Shown here piece after piece: positions 25,430 through 37,637 of a DNA stretch of 64,000 bases. The notes beneath the pieces are model-generated. The model was not told where the DNA came from and ran no database searches. It saw only the letters and a list, made by a program, of their open reading frames with translations. Position 1 is the stretch's first letter. Each line of letters starts with the position of its first letter. The stretch spans positions 16,926,001 to 16,990,000 of the forward strand of contig JAQFVV010000006.1 of NCBI GenBank assembly GCA_028023455.1, written 5' to 3'. The DNA is from Epiperipatus broadwayi. Its lineage: Eukaryota; Animalia; Onychophora. The position numbers and the translations under genes were made by a program.

Positions 25430-25731
25430 GTAAGAGAACAAACAGGTGTTACTGACCTCATTGAAAAAATTAAAAGACTGGAGTGGAGCTGGGCTGGACA
25501 TATTGTTAGAAGAGATGATAATAGATGGACAATTGAAATTTTAAACTGGATTTCAAGAGATTGTAAAAGACCCAGAAAGAGACCACATGTGAGATGGATG
25601 GATGAAATAAGAAAGTGTGCAGGGGTGTTGTGGAGTAGAGAAGCTAAAGATCGGAGAAGATGGATTAAACTTGGAGAGACCTTCATCCTGCAGTGGATTG
25701 ATAATGGTTGATAATAATGATGATGATGATG
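25430..25731 (+). mobile_element. 5'-truncated RTE 3' fragment with 10-bp TSD and (GAT)n tail
   Basis: TSD aatgtatcat at 25420-25429 and 25732-25741; encodes WSWAGHIVRRDDNRWT; highly similar to 1-265 (-). Confidence 0.93.
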
Positions 25732-27132
25732 AATGTATCATATTTTTATTTGGCTCTTATTTTATTAATGATAAATATTCTTATTTATGGTCAATCAAAT
25801 GATTTGTTAGTAAACATTTTTTTTTTTTTAATTTTGATAATTTCGCATAAGCAATATAGTATAATACTGTAGTACAGTTTAAAAAAGTGAAACTTAACTA
25901 TGGGTTTTCCCCCTAGTGTAATGAAAAACAATTGTGCGAAAGAGTACAAAAAAAATTTTAATTGCTAGTTTAGTCTCACTTTCTCTGTCTATTTTTGCTG
26001 TACTTTTGGACAGTGTAAACATACTTTTTTTAGCAATATTAAAGTTTTTTGTAGAGATTCTGTTTAAAGTCATTGTAGCATGAAAAAAAAATCAAAAAAA
26101 TCTTTTGAGTGTGGAAACCAAACTGGATAATTATGATTGGTGAATGGATTGCAAAAAGTAACAGCTTTAAGCTAAGTGTTGTTTTCTTACATTGTGTAAT
26201 CGATTGGGTTACATGGCATGTGTGCACATATATATAAAGTTAAAAGAAAAAGTAGAAATAAACACAGACAAATTTTTGTTGATATTTTTTTTTCTACATT
26301 TCCTGGAATAAAAATAATAAATAAAGGGTTAAATAACTCTGAATTTAAAGCAGAATTTTATTATAAATTAAAACATTTAAAAAGGTCTAAATAAATATTA
26401 ATATTGTATTATTATTATTCTGATTTTGAAATTTAAAAACAAGTAATTTTTTAAATCTTTTAATTGATTGGTAAATTATCTATTTTTAAAAATCTTTGTA
26501 TATTATACCTTGATAAAATGTCAAACTTGCTTTTGAAAGGATTAGTGATCTTTTCGAAAGATAAGATAAAAAACAATTTTTAATTTAGTGTTTTTTTCAT
26601 CTACCCAAATCCAAGACCCTACTCTTATATAAAAAGGACTGATAAAAAATGAGTTCAATCTGGTTTAAATTTTTGAGGAGCAATTGGCCAGAAGTTTTGC
26701 TGTAGTTTGGAGTACTGCTGGAATTGATTTTCCAGAGTTTAGAGAATGAACATGAAATAATTGAAGGCAGGACAGTAGACCCAGGAGCTGCTACTATTTT
26801 CCTTCACAGGAGTTTTGATTTACATGAAGCTGGGTCATTTCTGAATCATTAGTGCAAACAAATGAGGATAAAATAGCTTGCTGACTAGAAGCTTACCAAA
26901 TCCTAGTCTTAAGTGGAACCAATTACAGAAAAGCCCTTACCTGGACCAAAAACTAAGCTTACCAAGAGAATCCCATCAGTTGCTGAAGAAGTAATTATAG
27001 GTATGCTGATGTATCTATATGCAGAGAAGCACAGGGAGTTTAAAATCCTTAAAATGATTTTTAAAATTATAACTTAGTAACTTAAAATAAAACAAATCAT
27101 TAATTTGCTTAAGTCAAACATCTAAAAGAAAG

Positions 27133-28230
27133 GTGGTGGCTGTCAGCCTAAAAAGAACTTTTTTTCCTAAAAACCTCAATGGGTTGGGCCTGCACTCTAT
27201 CGACACTCTTCTGATTCAGAGATCTCACAATATTATCCTCACATTCCTAAGTCACTTTCCTGCCAACCTTGTGCATATCATTATCACACCCAGTGACGTT
27301 CCTCCTCCCAGTAGCAGGCCCAGGTCATGGACTTCACTCATTGCCAACATCCTACAAAAGCTGGCTTTGTTATACCATCCATCAGTGGCAAACTAAAGTA
27401 CTGGGAGGTTTTCAATCAGACTGCAGACTTCTCCATTGTCTCCCCCACATTCCTCAAACTTACCAATGCTCAAATAATCCACAAATTCAAAAGGTGGTCC
27501 CTTGAGGCAAAATTCCTCGATTTCCTCCTCAAAATCAACCTTCACTTCCTTCCCACAAATCAATTTTTGGTCAACTGTAGAGGTTTCACCAAGATTTCTC
27601 CCCTATGCCAGTTCTGTAAAATGGACAATGAAACCCTCCAGCACTTCCTACTTAAATGTCTCTTTCTGCTTGGAATGAGACATGTTATCAACTCCTGTCT
27701 TTCCTCGCACAGGAACACCATCTTCAACCTCCAAGAACCCATAGAAACAGCGGTCTTTGCAACTATTAGACTATCGGTTTTCCTCATCTATGCACTCTGG
27801 CTGCTCTGATGTGCCATTATTTTTGACCAGAGAGTACACTCAGTGAATCAAAAGCTATTGGACCTAATTCGCTCTCTCATAACCAGAGATACCAAACTAG
27901 CCCCACCTCCACTCCTTGCAGACACTTGGGCAATCCTCCAGCTCTCATTTTCTCAGCCTCTCATAGGATTCAATCATTTAAATGTTTGTGACCCATGCGG
28001 TGCTTGCTCAATAAAGACATGCATTTCGGACTGGCCTGGACTACACACTCTTTCCTCTTTCCACTTCACATTCCCTTTTCGCATGTATCCTTCCCTCTTA
28101 CCATCTTGCTCCTGAAATTTCAATTCTATCATATAATTACTCCCTTGTAAACTTTTTCTAGCTGTATTTGTATCTGGTTTTTTTTTTTTTGATGAATAAA
28201 CATTTATCACTGGAAAAAAAAAAAAAAAAA
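27133..28230 (+). mobile_element. L1/Tx1-like LINE 3' fragment
   Basis: PKNLNGLGLHS and CQFCKMDNETLQHFLLKC (zinc knuckle); 3' UTR and poly(A); same family as 5258-5850. No TSD identified. Confidence 0.85.
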
Positions 28231-28514
28231 GATGATTTGATATATATATTTTTAAAGAAATTTGTTTAGGTATTTCCTTATAAAAAATGACATTATATAT
28301 ATATAACTTAAAATGCAAGCATAATTTTGTTTGAATTAAAAATCTAAAAGTAAAGGATTAATAGACGATTCTGTAATCTAAGTTTAAAGACATTTATAAT
28401 TAATCAATCAATCAACAACAGTCCTCTCAAACTGATTTATTTATTTTTAAAAAGGAAAAAACCTTTATTATCATAGCAGTGAATTTTATATATAGTTTGA
28501 AATGGAATTAATTA

Positions 28515-28860
28515 TTCCCTTTTTTCTTTTTTTTTTTTTTTTTTTTTTTTTTTTATTTCCCCCCCCCTTTTTCCCTTTCCTACTCCCCCCTTTCTAAACC
28601 CACCCCCCCCCCCCCCCCCCCTTTAAAGAAAATTACATTACCCAACCTCCTTCCAAAAACCAAAAAAAAAACCATGGATTTAAAAAAAAAAAAAACCAAC
28701 CACCACCCCCCAGGGAAAGAGACACAACCTATAAAAAGAAAAAAAATAATAAAAGCAACAACAAAAAATGAGGAGGAGGATCCCCCTCGTTTTAAGAAAA
28801 GAAGAGGAAGAAGCCTTCAGAAAAAAAACTTTTTGGAAAGTGTATTTTGAATAACTTTTA
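28515..28860. other. Homopolymer-rich low-complexity tract, possible assembly artefact
   Basis: Long T run followed by dense C and A runs unlike the flanks. Confidence 0.5.
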
Positions 28861-29942
28861 CTATTTTGATAAAAATGGGGTATATAATATATGACAATTG
28901 TTTAAATTTGTTCATTGAAGAAAAAAGAAGAAAAACTAACCAATAAAGTGTAGAACTTACTATAAAATAACGAATGAAATTTATATATTTTCAACAAAGA
29001 ATAGTTGTGAAAGTAATTTGGGTTCTAATGATTAGTGTCAACGTTTTTTGATTAGATATTTATTATTTATTCTAAGTGTTGTAGTTTAGGGATCCCATGA
29101 GGCTATGCCTTAGCTGATATTTGGCTGCAGCAGAGAACATTTCAAATTATCATAGTTTATTAATGGTTCTGATAAAGTGATCCAGAATTCTTTTACTTGA
29201 GGAGGCGAGCAAAAATAAACAAACTTAGTTTTTTGTATTTGGAACATTTGTAATGAGTGCAATCTTTAGTAATTTTGTTCTCTCAGAAGTTCTAGTTGTT
29301 GTATTAAGATGACTATGTCATATGCTTTTGGCTGAATAGAAATGTCCTTGAGTATATTGATAAGTATGATTTTTATAAAGAAAAGATGAGTTGATTTGTT
29401 TTTATTCTCAGTGCCCAGATATAAAGGATATCAGGATATTTGGATCATGGAGATTTTATCTTGGAATATGTTTAAAAAATATTTAAGTGAGCCATAACTC
29501 ATAATAGAATTATAAAATCTGACATTTCCCTCATCATTTTTTTTGGATTGACAGAATATCAAATTAATATAGGTATTTGAGACCTAGGTAGTAAGACTAA
29601 ATTATTACTGTGAATTTTTACATATGAGTGGTTACGTACTGTTTTTCCTATATTTAGAAATGTTTTCCAGATTCATTTCATTTCACTGGTATTGAATTGA
29701 GTTTTCAAAAATTATCCTTCGATTGAGCACTGCAGCTGTTACAGTGATTTGGAACTTTCTCAGTCTTAACTTGGGCTATGAACTAGGGCATTTCCTGGTG
29801 CTAAAAAAAATTGAACAGTGATAATAAAAATCTTGTACTTAAACTAATTAATGTCTTTTGTTTTTAAAATATAATTTGTGATACATTTTAATCACGTTAT
29901 TGGACTATTTATTTACAGTTACAAAATATAAATTTTTACCCT

Positions 29943-30023
29943 GGACGATTTAGTGCAATGGTGATTCGAATGTCAGATAGTTCTGGTACTTGTGGAGTTC
30001 GAATTCATGGTAATCCCGGATCA
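29943..30023 (+). mobile_element. Degenerate tRNA-derived SINE-like segment
   Basis: A-box-like tagtgcaatgg and B-box-like gttcgaattc at tRNA-like spacing. Confidence 0.35.
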
Positions 30024-33000
30024 GTAAAGACATTAGATTATTATTTTTTTTAAATTTTATTTGAAATATTAGCAACTAACTATATTAGTTCAACATTTTG
30101 AAAATACCCACTCCTTACATCTACTTGAATATAATACTTCTCATATTTTTTTTAAAATTAAAATATTAAAATTATGCAAAAAGAATTCGATTTTAATCAA
30201 TAGGATTTCACTAGCTACAATAATTACAAACATTTTGTTAGTATGAAGGAAATATCATTTATATGGAAAGATCTTCCAATCGCGTAAGTAAAAAAAGTTG
30301 GAACCCAATGTTATAAATGAATTTCGGCGGTTCTCATAACTGCCTTACTCCAGTGAATATCCTTATATCTTTTGCCTGTTGCAGTAATTAGTTTGGTTTT
30401 AAACACACATCTGTATGTGTATATTTTAAATATTAGTAAGTTGTTTTTAATCTTAAATTAGAAAAACAAAACAAAACATTTTATTTTATAGAACACAGGA
30501 AATGACAGAATATATACCTATAATAAATAAGCATATAACTATTACTCATTAAAATTATTTTGGAGCCAACGAATGTGTTGTCTGTGCGTAACAATGAACA
30601 TTAATTAAACGCATTCAATTTTTAGAGTTTTAAATTGCTTCTTTTGCCATCTTCTGCTATCTGCAAAGGTTTGATTATTGATAAAGACCACTCAACAAGG
30701 AGTATTCTTAGATGTTCTACAAGTACCGTTTATGTTGATTACTTTCCATCTGTGATAAGAGGCTTTGACAGGATTTTCATTTATTTTAATTCTTCACTCG
30801 TCAAAATTTTGTATTTTGATGATTAGATAAGAAAAGTAGTTTGGACTAAGCAGCTTACTCCTATCAATTTATAAACAAAATAATTAATATATTGATAAAC
30901 TAATCAGTTTAACTAATCGTTGACAAACCCAAGGTTATTGATTTTTACATATGACTGTAATTGATATTGCGTCAAATATTTGCTTTTTATTTTTGTAATC
31001 GAGTTTTAATTTACACGCAATTGTTTTTAATATTGCATGATATTTAAAACCGCTGCGCCGACGTTTGTGGTGTATTCATGCGCACAGCCTTTTAAAGATG
31101 AAAAGTCAATCGTCACGCCCCCCCCCCCCCCATATTTTAAGTAAGATTTATTTAACTAAGGGAAAAAAAGAAGAGGGGGTGATCGTAACTTTTGTTATTT
31201 TGCCATAACAAATGCATGTGTTTAAATAAAGTTTTAATAGCAGTATAATGCTACTTAATATGAACGCGTCAACGTTTCCTAAATGAAAACCAGAACAAAT
31301 CAGAAGTGGCCTGTAAAAAAATAAAAACTTGCTAATATTAAAAGAGCAATCAACAATTTTATATTCATGGATGATAGTTAGATTTAATAAGTTTTGCATC
31401 GAAAGTATAATTTAGGGTTAATCAACCTAGTATTGTGGAACCATTTTGATTAGAGATCTCAAACTGAAAACAAAAAATTTCACATTATTCTGTAAGTATA
31501 CATTTGACACTTGTCTAATCTTTCTTGTTGACACTTGTCTAATCTTGATATGAATTAATCCAGAGTAAACCCATAAGTTTTTAAACTTCATTTTATAAGG
31601 CTTGCAGTTTGATTCTTTATGAATATTATTTTCACCCATGATTATTCATATGCTCTTCGAAATTCATTATCTCCAAATATTAAAAGTCTGGTGAAAGCAA
31701 AACACATTGAAAAAGTCTCATTAAAATAAGCAATGTTTAAATTAATATATATGTAGTACATTATTATATTATGGGGGAAAAGAAGCTAAGTTTTAGTTAT
31801 GTTTATTAACATATTTTATATACATCTGAACTGATGCACAAAAAAATATGGCCCACGGAAGCTAAAATATTGACCACGTCTGATTTAACCAGTCACTAGT
31901 ACATTTCCGTTTATCAACATCTGCACAAAATTGGACAATCTTCAATATAGGACGAAACATCTTGGAATTAAATGATTGGAATTTTTATTAACAGATATTA
32001 AGACTTTGATTAGACGATGATCAAAAGAAAATTGCTGTAGTTTTATATGATCAAACATTGAATGACTACTTTCTTATCCTGTTAATATGTCTAAAGTATG
32101 TAAAATATAGATTTTCATTTTTATATCATTGCCTGATTCATTTAAACAAAGTTTATTACCCCAGACTGTTATCACCCTTACTTTGGGTATCATCAAGTTT
32201 TTTTGCTTACTTAAACTATTCTAATTTGAATCATGTTTATATTGTATCATTTAATAATTATATATGTGCATGCAAAAATATGCAATACTTCTTTAAATAA
32301 CACAATTCAGTCAACATAATAAAATATATAAATTATTCTTATTATTGTGCATTGATTTTGTGCTATCATCTGTTTTTCTTAAGGAACTCCCTATATCCAG
32401 TTTGACTATACTGTTAAACAATACATTTCGCTATTGTTCAGCCCACATCATTGGCAAGATCCCCATTAGACGTCTTTAATTATTTTTATGGTATTAAAAA
32501 TACTTTTTAAGACTGAATCACTAAAGTTACTTTATTACATATCAGATTCAATTTATAATTAAATATGGTGTATAGTTAATAAATTGAACTTTCTTTAAAC
32601 TAGTAACTTACATAAACTTTTGATAGCAGTTTATGTCGTATATATACATATGCATATATTATAAAAACAATTCATAAAAAGCTGTCTTTATCAAATCTTA
32701 TCAATTTAATATTTATTTTTAAAGGTTTTATTCATGAAAAGCTATTTTTATCAAATTTTATCATATCAATTTCATATTCATCTTTATAGCTTTGAGATAT
32801 TTTATGTGATTTTAATATTTATTAATTTCTGCCCTCAACGATATGTATGCAGGACAAATCATTAATATTTAATTTATTGATCCTATTTTTTTTTAAATAA
32901 TCCAAAATACATTTCATAATGCTATTATATAAAATAAAATATGATCATAAATATTACTGTTATTAGCAATAAAATTTCTTCTGTAGCAATCTTATACTAA

Positions 33001-33295
33001 TCCAATGTATAATACAATCTTTTTTGGCCATTCACACCTATAGTAAATAGATCTCTCAAAATATACTAATTTTTAAGATTCAAGTTTATGAACTGTAATA
33101 TATATCATTTCTATTCTTAAGTAATCATCGTTTTGACAAATACAAAGAGTGCTTCCTCTTTCTGGCATATATTTTTGTTAACTTAGAGAGGGCTAGCATT
33201 ATTCATCTGGGAGACTGCTCCTTTGGCAGTTAAGCACCCAAACAATAGGTTCTTGTCAATATTAGTCTCAAAATAACCATGATTTTTAAAGTATA

Positions 33296-34543
33296 TACAC
33301 ATGGGTCTCATTTTACGCGATAGATAGTTTCCTCAGAAAACACATGCAAAAACGAAATCGCGCAAAAATAGACGTAACTTACCTTGAAAAAGGGGGGATA
33401 CGGACTGTGATTTTTCAAAATTCACATAAAAGCAAAGCACCAACATAAAATTATTTTAAAATTCGTGCAAAAAAAAAAAAAAATAAGGAAATAAAATGAC
33501 TAATAAAAAATTTCAAATTTGGAAAAAATTGATAAAAGACAAACTTTTTTAACTATTTTTTTAACTATAATATTTAATTTTATTCAAAACAATATGTATT
33601 TTTATACATACATTTTTTATACATGTTTTAATTATTATCGCTATTTGCCAATAAACAGGTTCGTTTGCAAACTGGTAAAAAATCAGATTCTTCACAAGAG
33701 GAAATACAACTAGCACCAACTTCACTCTCATGTCGTGTTAATGGTTTTCTGGTGACAATGTAATTAGTAATTAATCTTTGAGATGATGATTTTGTTAATT
33801 GTTTATGACGATATCCAGACATACAACCATTTAGCTGATTAGTGTCATTAATAAGAAAATAATTTGCCAACTGATTAGAAAGTTGAAGACCTTCTCGAAT
33901 CATTTTTGCAGTGAAAGGAATAGGTTCCATTTCTGTTTCATTATCTTTTTCTACATTTTCTTCTGTATCTAAACTTTTACTTTTGTCTTTAATTTTTTAA
34001 TTTTCAATTCCGTTTAAAAATCAAATTTCATTTTACATTACATTAATTTCAGGTCGCTTTAAGTAATTTTTAAATTGTTAATTACAATTAAAAATCAGTT
34101 TTTAATTGTCAAATTTAATTGTGCCCACTGCTATTACTCACCTTTTAAAAATAAACTTGCAGACACTAAATGATTAATAATTGATTACTTTCTTTTTTAA
34201 AAAGCAAAAACAGAATGTGATTTAAAATGCAAAATTAACACGCACAATGTTTGAACAAATTTACATTATAATCTTGTAAAATTGAATGTGTGTATACATA
34301 AAATGTGGAAATCATGATTTTAATTTCATTATTACATAAAATTATAAAGCACTGAAAATATTGAAATTACTAGATGAAAGTCGAATTCCAATAATGTGCT
34401 ATTACTTTCAATATGATGTAAGTGTGTGAAATTTATTATTTAAAGTAATAGCGCATTATCGGAGTTCAACTTCCAAAGAAACATGAATCGCGTAACTTCA
34501 AAATCGCGTTAAATAAATCCATGTAAAAAGAGACCCAGGTGTA
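33296..34543 (-). mobile_element. pogo/Tigger-like non-autonomous DNA transposon, copy 1
   Basis: Inverted ends TAcac(a)tgggtctc..ttttacg / tgtaaaaagagacccaggtgTA; minus ORF 33628-33930 (PFTAKMIREGLQL...Y...QRLITNY) resembles a pogo transposase C-terminus. Confidence 0.8.
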
Positions 34544-36139
34544 TTCAAATACTCATCAGTTCTTTAAATGGTGTTCTTAAAATCTTCTCATCATCCTCAT
34601 TTAAAATCACTGAAAATCATATGCATGAGGAACATTATTACATGTCCCTATAAACAGTAAATGGCGAAGTAGGGAATAAATATCAATCAAGCCAAAACAG
34701 CCAAATAAAACTATATTTGAAAATTAGTGGCCACTTATAACCACAATAACTTACATAATGAAATTATTGATTACAATACCAATAATTAAATATGTTAATT
34801 CACACATATATACATGTCATATGCCTGCCATGTCTACTGACCTTTGTTCATACTCTGAAATTAGATTTTTAAATTTATTTTTCATTTATCAAATCATTTC
34901 ATATGTTGTCTCTTATTTCAATTCTTGAGATTTTTGATTCCATTTTTATTTTTATAATTTTAAAATAAACCTGTTGTTGTATTTGTAAAATTTTTTATTT
35001 GAAATGAATAAAAGTTAAATCTTTGAATTTCTATTTTTATCTTAAATTTAATATATTGCCTTTTTTTATATTGATTTTGATTTTAATTAAATGTGCATTT
35101 TCAAATTCTTATTATTCTTACTCATTAACATTTTTAGTTTGCTTTTATTTTAGTTTTAAAACAGAGATATTTCCTTTAAATTACCTCAAAATATGATTAT
35201 ATATAATATAACCTTAAAACGTCAATTAAAACAAAATAGAATTCTTTTATATCAAAGAAAAGTGAATTGTTTCGTTTATGTCACTAAAAAGTCATTTCAC
35301 TAAAGAAAAATGTTCGAACTTAATCTTTCTTTTCTTGGCAATGAGTTTTTGATGTTGGGCACATTTTATATTTATTTTGTAATGCATGTATTTGATTTAA
35401 ATGAGCGACAAGAAACTTTTAAATGGTGATTAGAAATTATTTCTTTTCAATAGATCATAGCAATCTGGATTTTTATATGGTAGTTTGGCTGTTAGAAATT
35501 CTTTTAAATGATTTTGGTTTATGATCTTCATATGTAATTCAGTTGGTACTTTCTAAGCTTAATTTCAGGTTTCATTCTACATTAGATGAATCTTCAGATC
35601 TTGGCAAGAATCACTTGCATGGTGTTGTCTAACAGAATAAAAAAAACATGAAAACTACTCACAATGAATGAATTATAACAATAGACTTTTCACTCTTCTG
35701 GGATAATAGCATTGATTATTTAACCAACAGTAGGACGCTGTCTTTTGATTCAGTCTATTGCCTTTATATGAATACTTTAAAAATATCTATTATCATGTTG
35801 ACAGAAACCTAGTTAAAAATTGTTTTTATTGAAATTTGTTTTATAGGATTTTACTAATCCAGTCAAAACATTTCAGCCTACAAGGATTTTTGTAGACTTT
35901 TAATCCTCTTGAAACAAATTTAAGTTTTTTTTTTAACCAATTTGACATTAAGATTTTTATGACTAAATACATTCCATTTGAACTTACTAAAATTTTTCTT
36001 TTTCATATCTATGTCACAAGATTTACTAAAATATTTCTTTTGAACTAAATAAAATATTGTAAATATTTGATTGTTCTTAGTATCGTTTTACACACACACA
36101 TATTACATTAAAAGCATAAAGCTAAACTAGTCAATAAAT

Positions 36140-36588
36140 AATCAAAATTATCCCAAATTCACAAACAGACTATCCAAGAAAATAAACTCTAAAACACCAC
36201 CAATGGTTTCACCCCTAGAAGTAGACTTCTTAAGTGTAAAGAATTACAAAATAACATATTTAAACTAAACACTACTCCCAATTCCACTTACTTCCCATAC
36301 ACTCTTAATATTAAAAGAACTTTTAAGTAAGTTAATTGCTTCAGAACCATAAATTTTTAATAATAAAGATTCTTTAATTTTTTATTTATTTTTTATTAAG
36401 TTCTTTTAATATTAAGGGTGTATATGGGCAGTAAATGGAATTGTGGGTAATGTTTAGTTTAAATATGTTATTTTGTAGTTCTTTACACTTGAGAAGTCTG
36501 CTTGTAGCAGTGAAACCATTGGTAGTGTTTTAGAGTTTACATTCTTGACTAATCTGGTTGAGATGTGAATTTGGGGTCATTTTGATCA
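36140..36588. repeat. Long imperfect palindrome (family D), arms ~185 bp, each with a degenerate HHR-like motif
   Basis: Arms 36140-36322 and 36397-36588 are reverse complements; motifs at 36194-36237 (-) and 36485-36528 (+). Confidence 0.85.
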
Positions 36589-37095
36589 TATATATCTATC
36601 TATATTGAATATATATAAATCCATTACTTTAATGTTAATTTTTTATTTCCAAAATGATTGCCCCAGTTAGCCTATAATGTGAATTTGTAAATTTCCCCTT
36701 CACCCCCCCCCACATCCCTTTCAATATGTATGATTTATACACCCAAAACTATTATGAAATGACCAGACCATTATATATAAATTATAATGAGACTAGAAAA
36801 GAAACTTGACAAAATACATGTGTAGGACATATAAATGCTTATAATCTTTAGTGTACTTTCTAATTTTTCTAGGTGCTTTTTTATTTATTTAACAAGAACA
36901 AGAAATAAATAGTGGTGATTTTTTCCCCCAACTAATTGAAATTTTTTTTGGAGTTTCAAAATTAAGATTAATTTTTTTGGATTATTCCATAAAATAAGAA
37001 CATATTTAATGGAATTGAAAGTATTTAAGTTTTGACTTGAAGTTGGTAATATTTGATAATCAGGTGATAATTTGCCATTACTTACCACCCTTTTA

Positions 37096-37637
37096 ATACA
37101 TTGTACAGGCATAAACCTGCATTTATATATGTAATATTTGCGGGGTTCGAACTCAGACTTTTACACGACCCACCACTCTCAGTGCCATCTCATATTGCTG
37201 ACCCACCTGATCACACACATGTTGAAAAGATAAATAATCACAAATATACATATTTCATGCTAAACCAGCAATCTTCAGTTGGTCTAGATTACTATCCTCA
37301 CACACATATATAATCAGTATTCAGCTTTATATTAAGATAGCCAATCTTTATACTTTAATGGACAGGCTTCAAATTATTCCAACTCACTACTCTTTAGCCT
37401 TCCATTTCAATGAAAATCTGATGATGGAACGTTCAAAGCCCTTGATAGTGCCAAGGTTGTCATCCTACCCATGTTGACATATTAGTCATTCTGACCCCTC
37501 ATGTACAGGAGAATAATCCATTTATACGTTTGAGGGATGGGCAGACCTTTTACACACTATTTATATAAAAAAATTGGCTATCTTAATATAAAGCTGAGTA
37601 CTGATTATATATATATATGTGAGGATAGTAAGCTGGA
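37096..37637 (-). mobile_element. Family B PLE-type insertion with inverted partial arm and 15-bp TSD
   Basis: TSD cttaccaccctttta at 37081-37095 and 37638-37652; 37573-37637 is an inverted copy of ~37284-37346; HHR-like motif 37240-37283 (-). Confidence 0.75.

Noticed and set aside
34540-34565. CTGATGA-GTATT-TG-AATAC on the minus strand
   Set aside because: The stem borrows a base from the adjacent pogo TIR and no GAAA follows, even in the reconstructed empty site.
35560-35600. CTGAAGA...GAAAC on the minus strand
   Set aside because: No NUH cleavage triplet with a pairing stem I or III.
37405-37445. Plus-strand CTGATGATGGAACGTTCAAAG (similar at ~19183)
   Set aside because: Lacks GAAA and a stem I; the convincing motif in this family is on the opposite strand.
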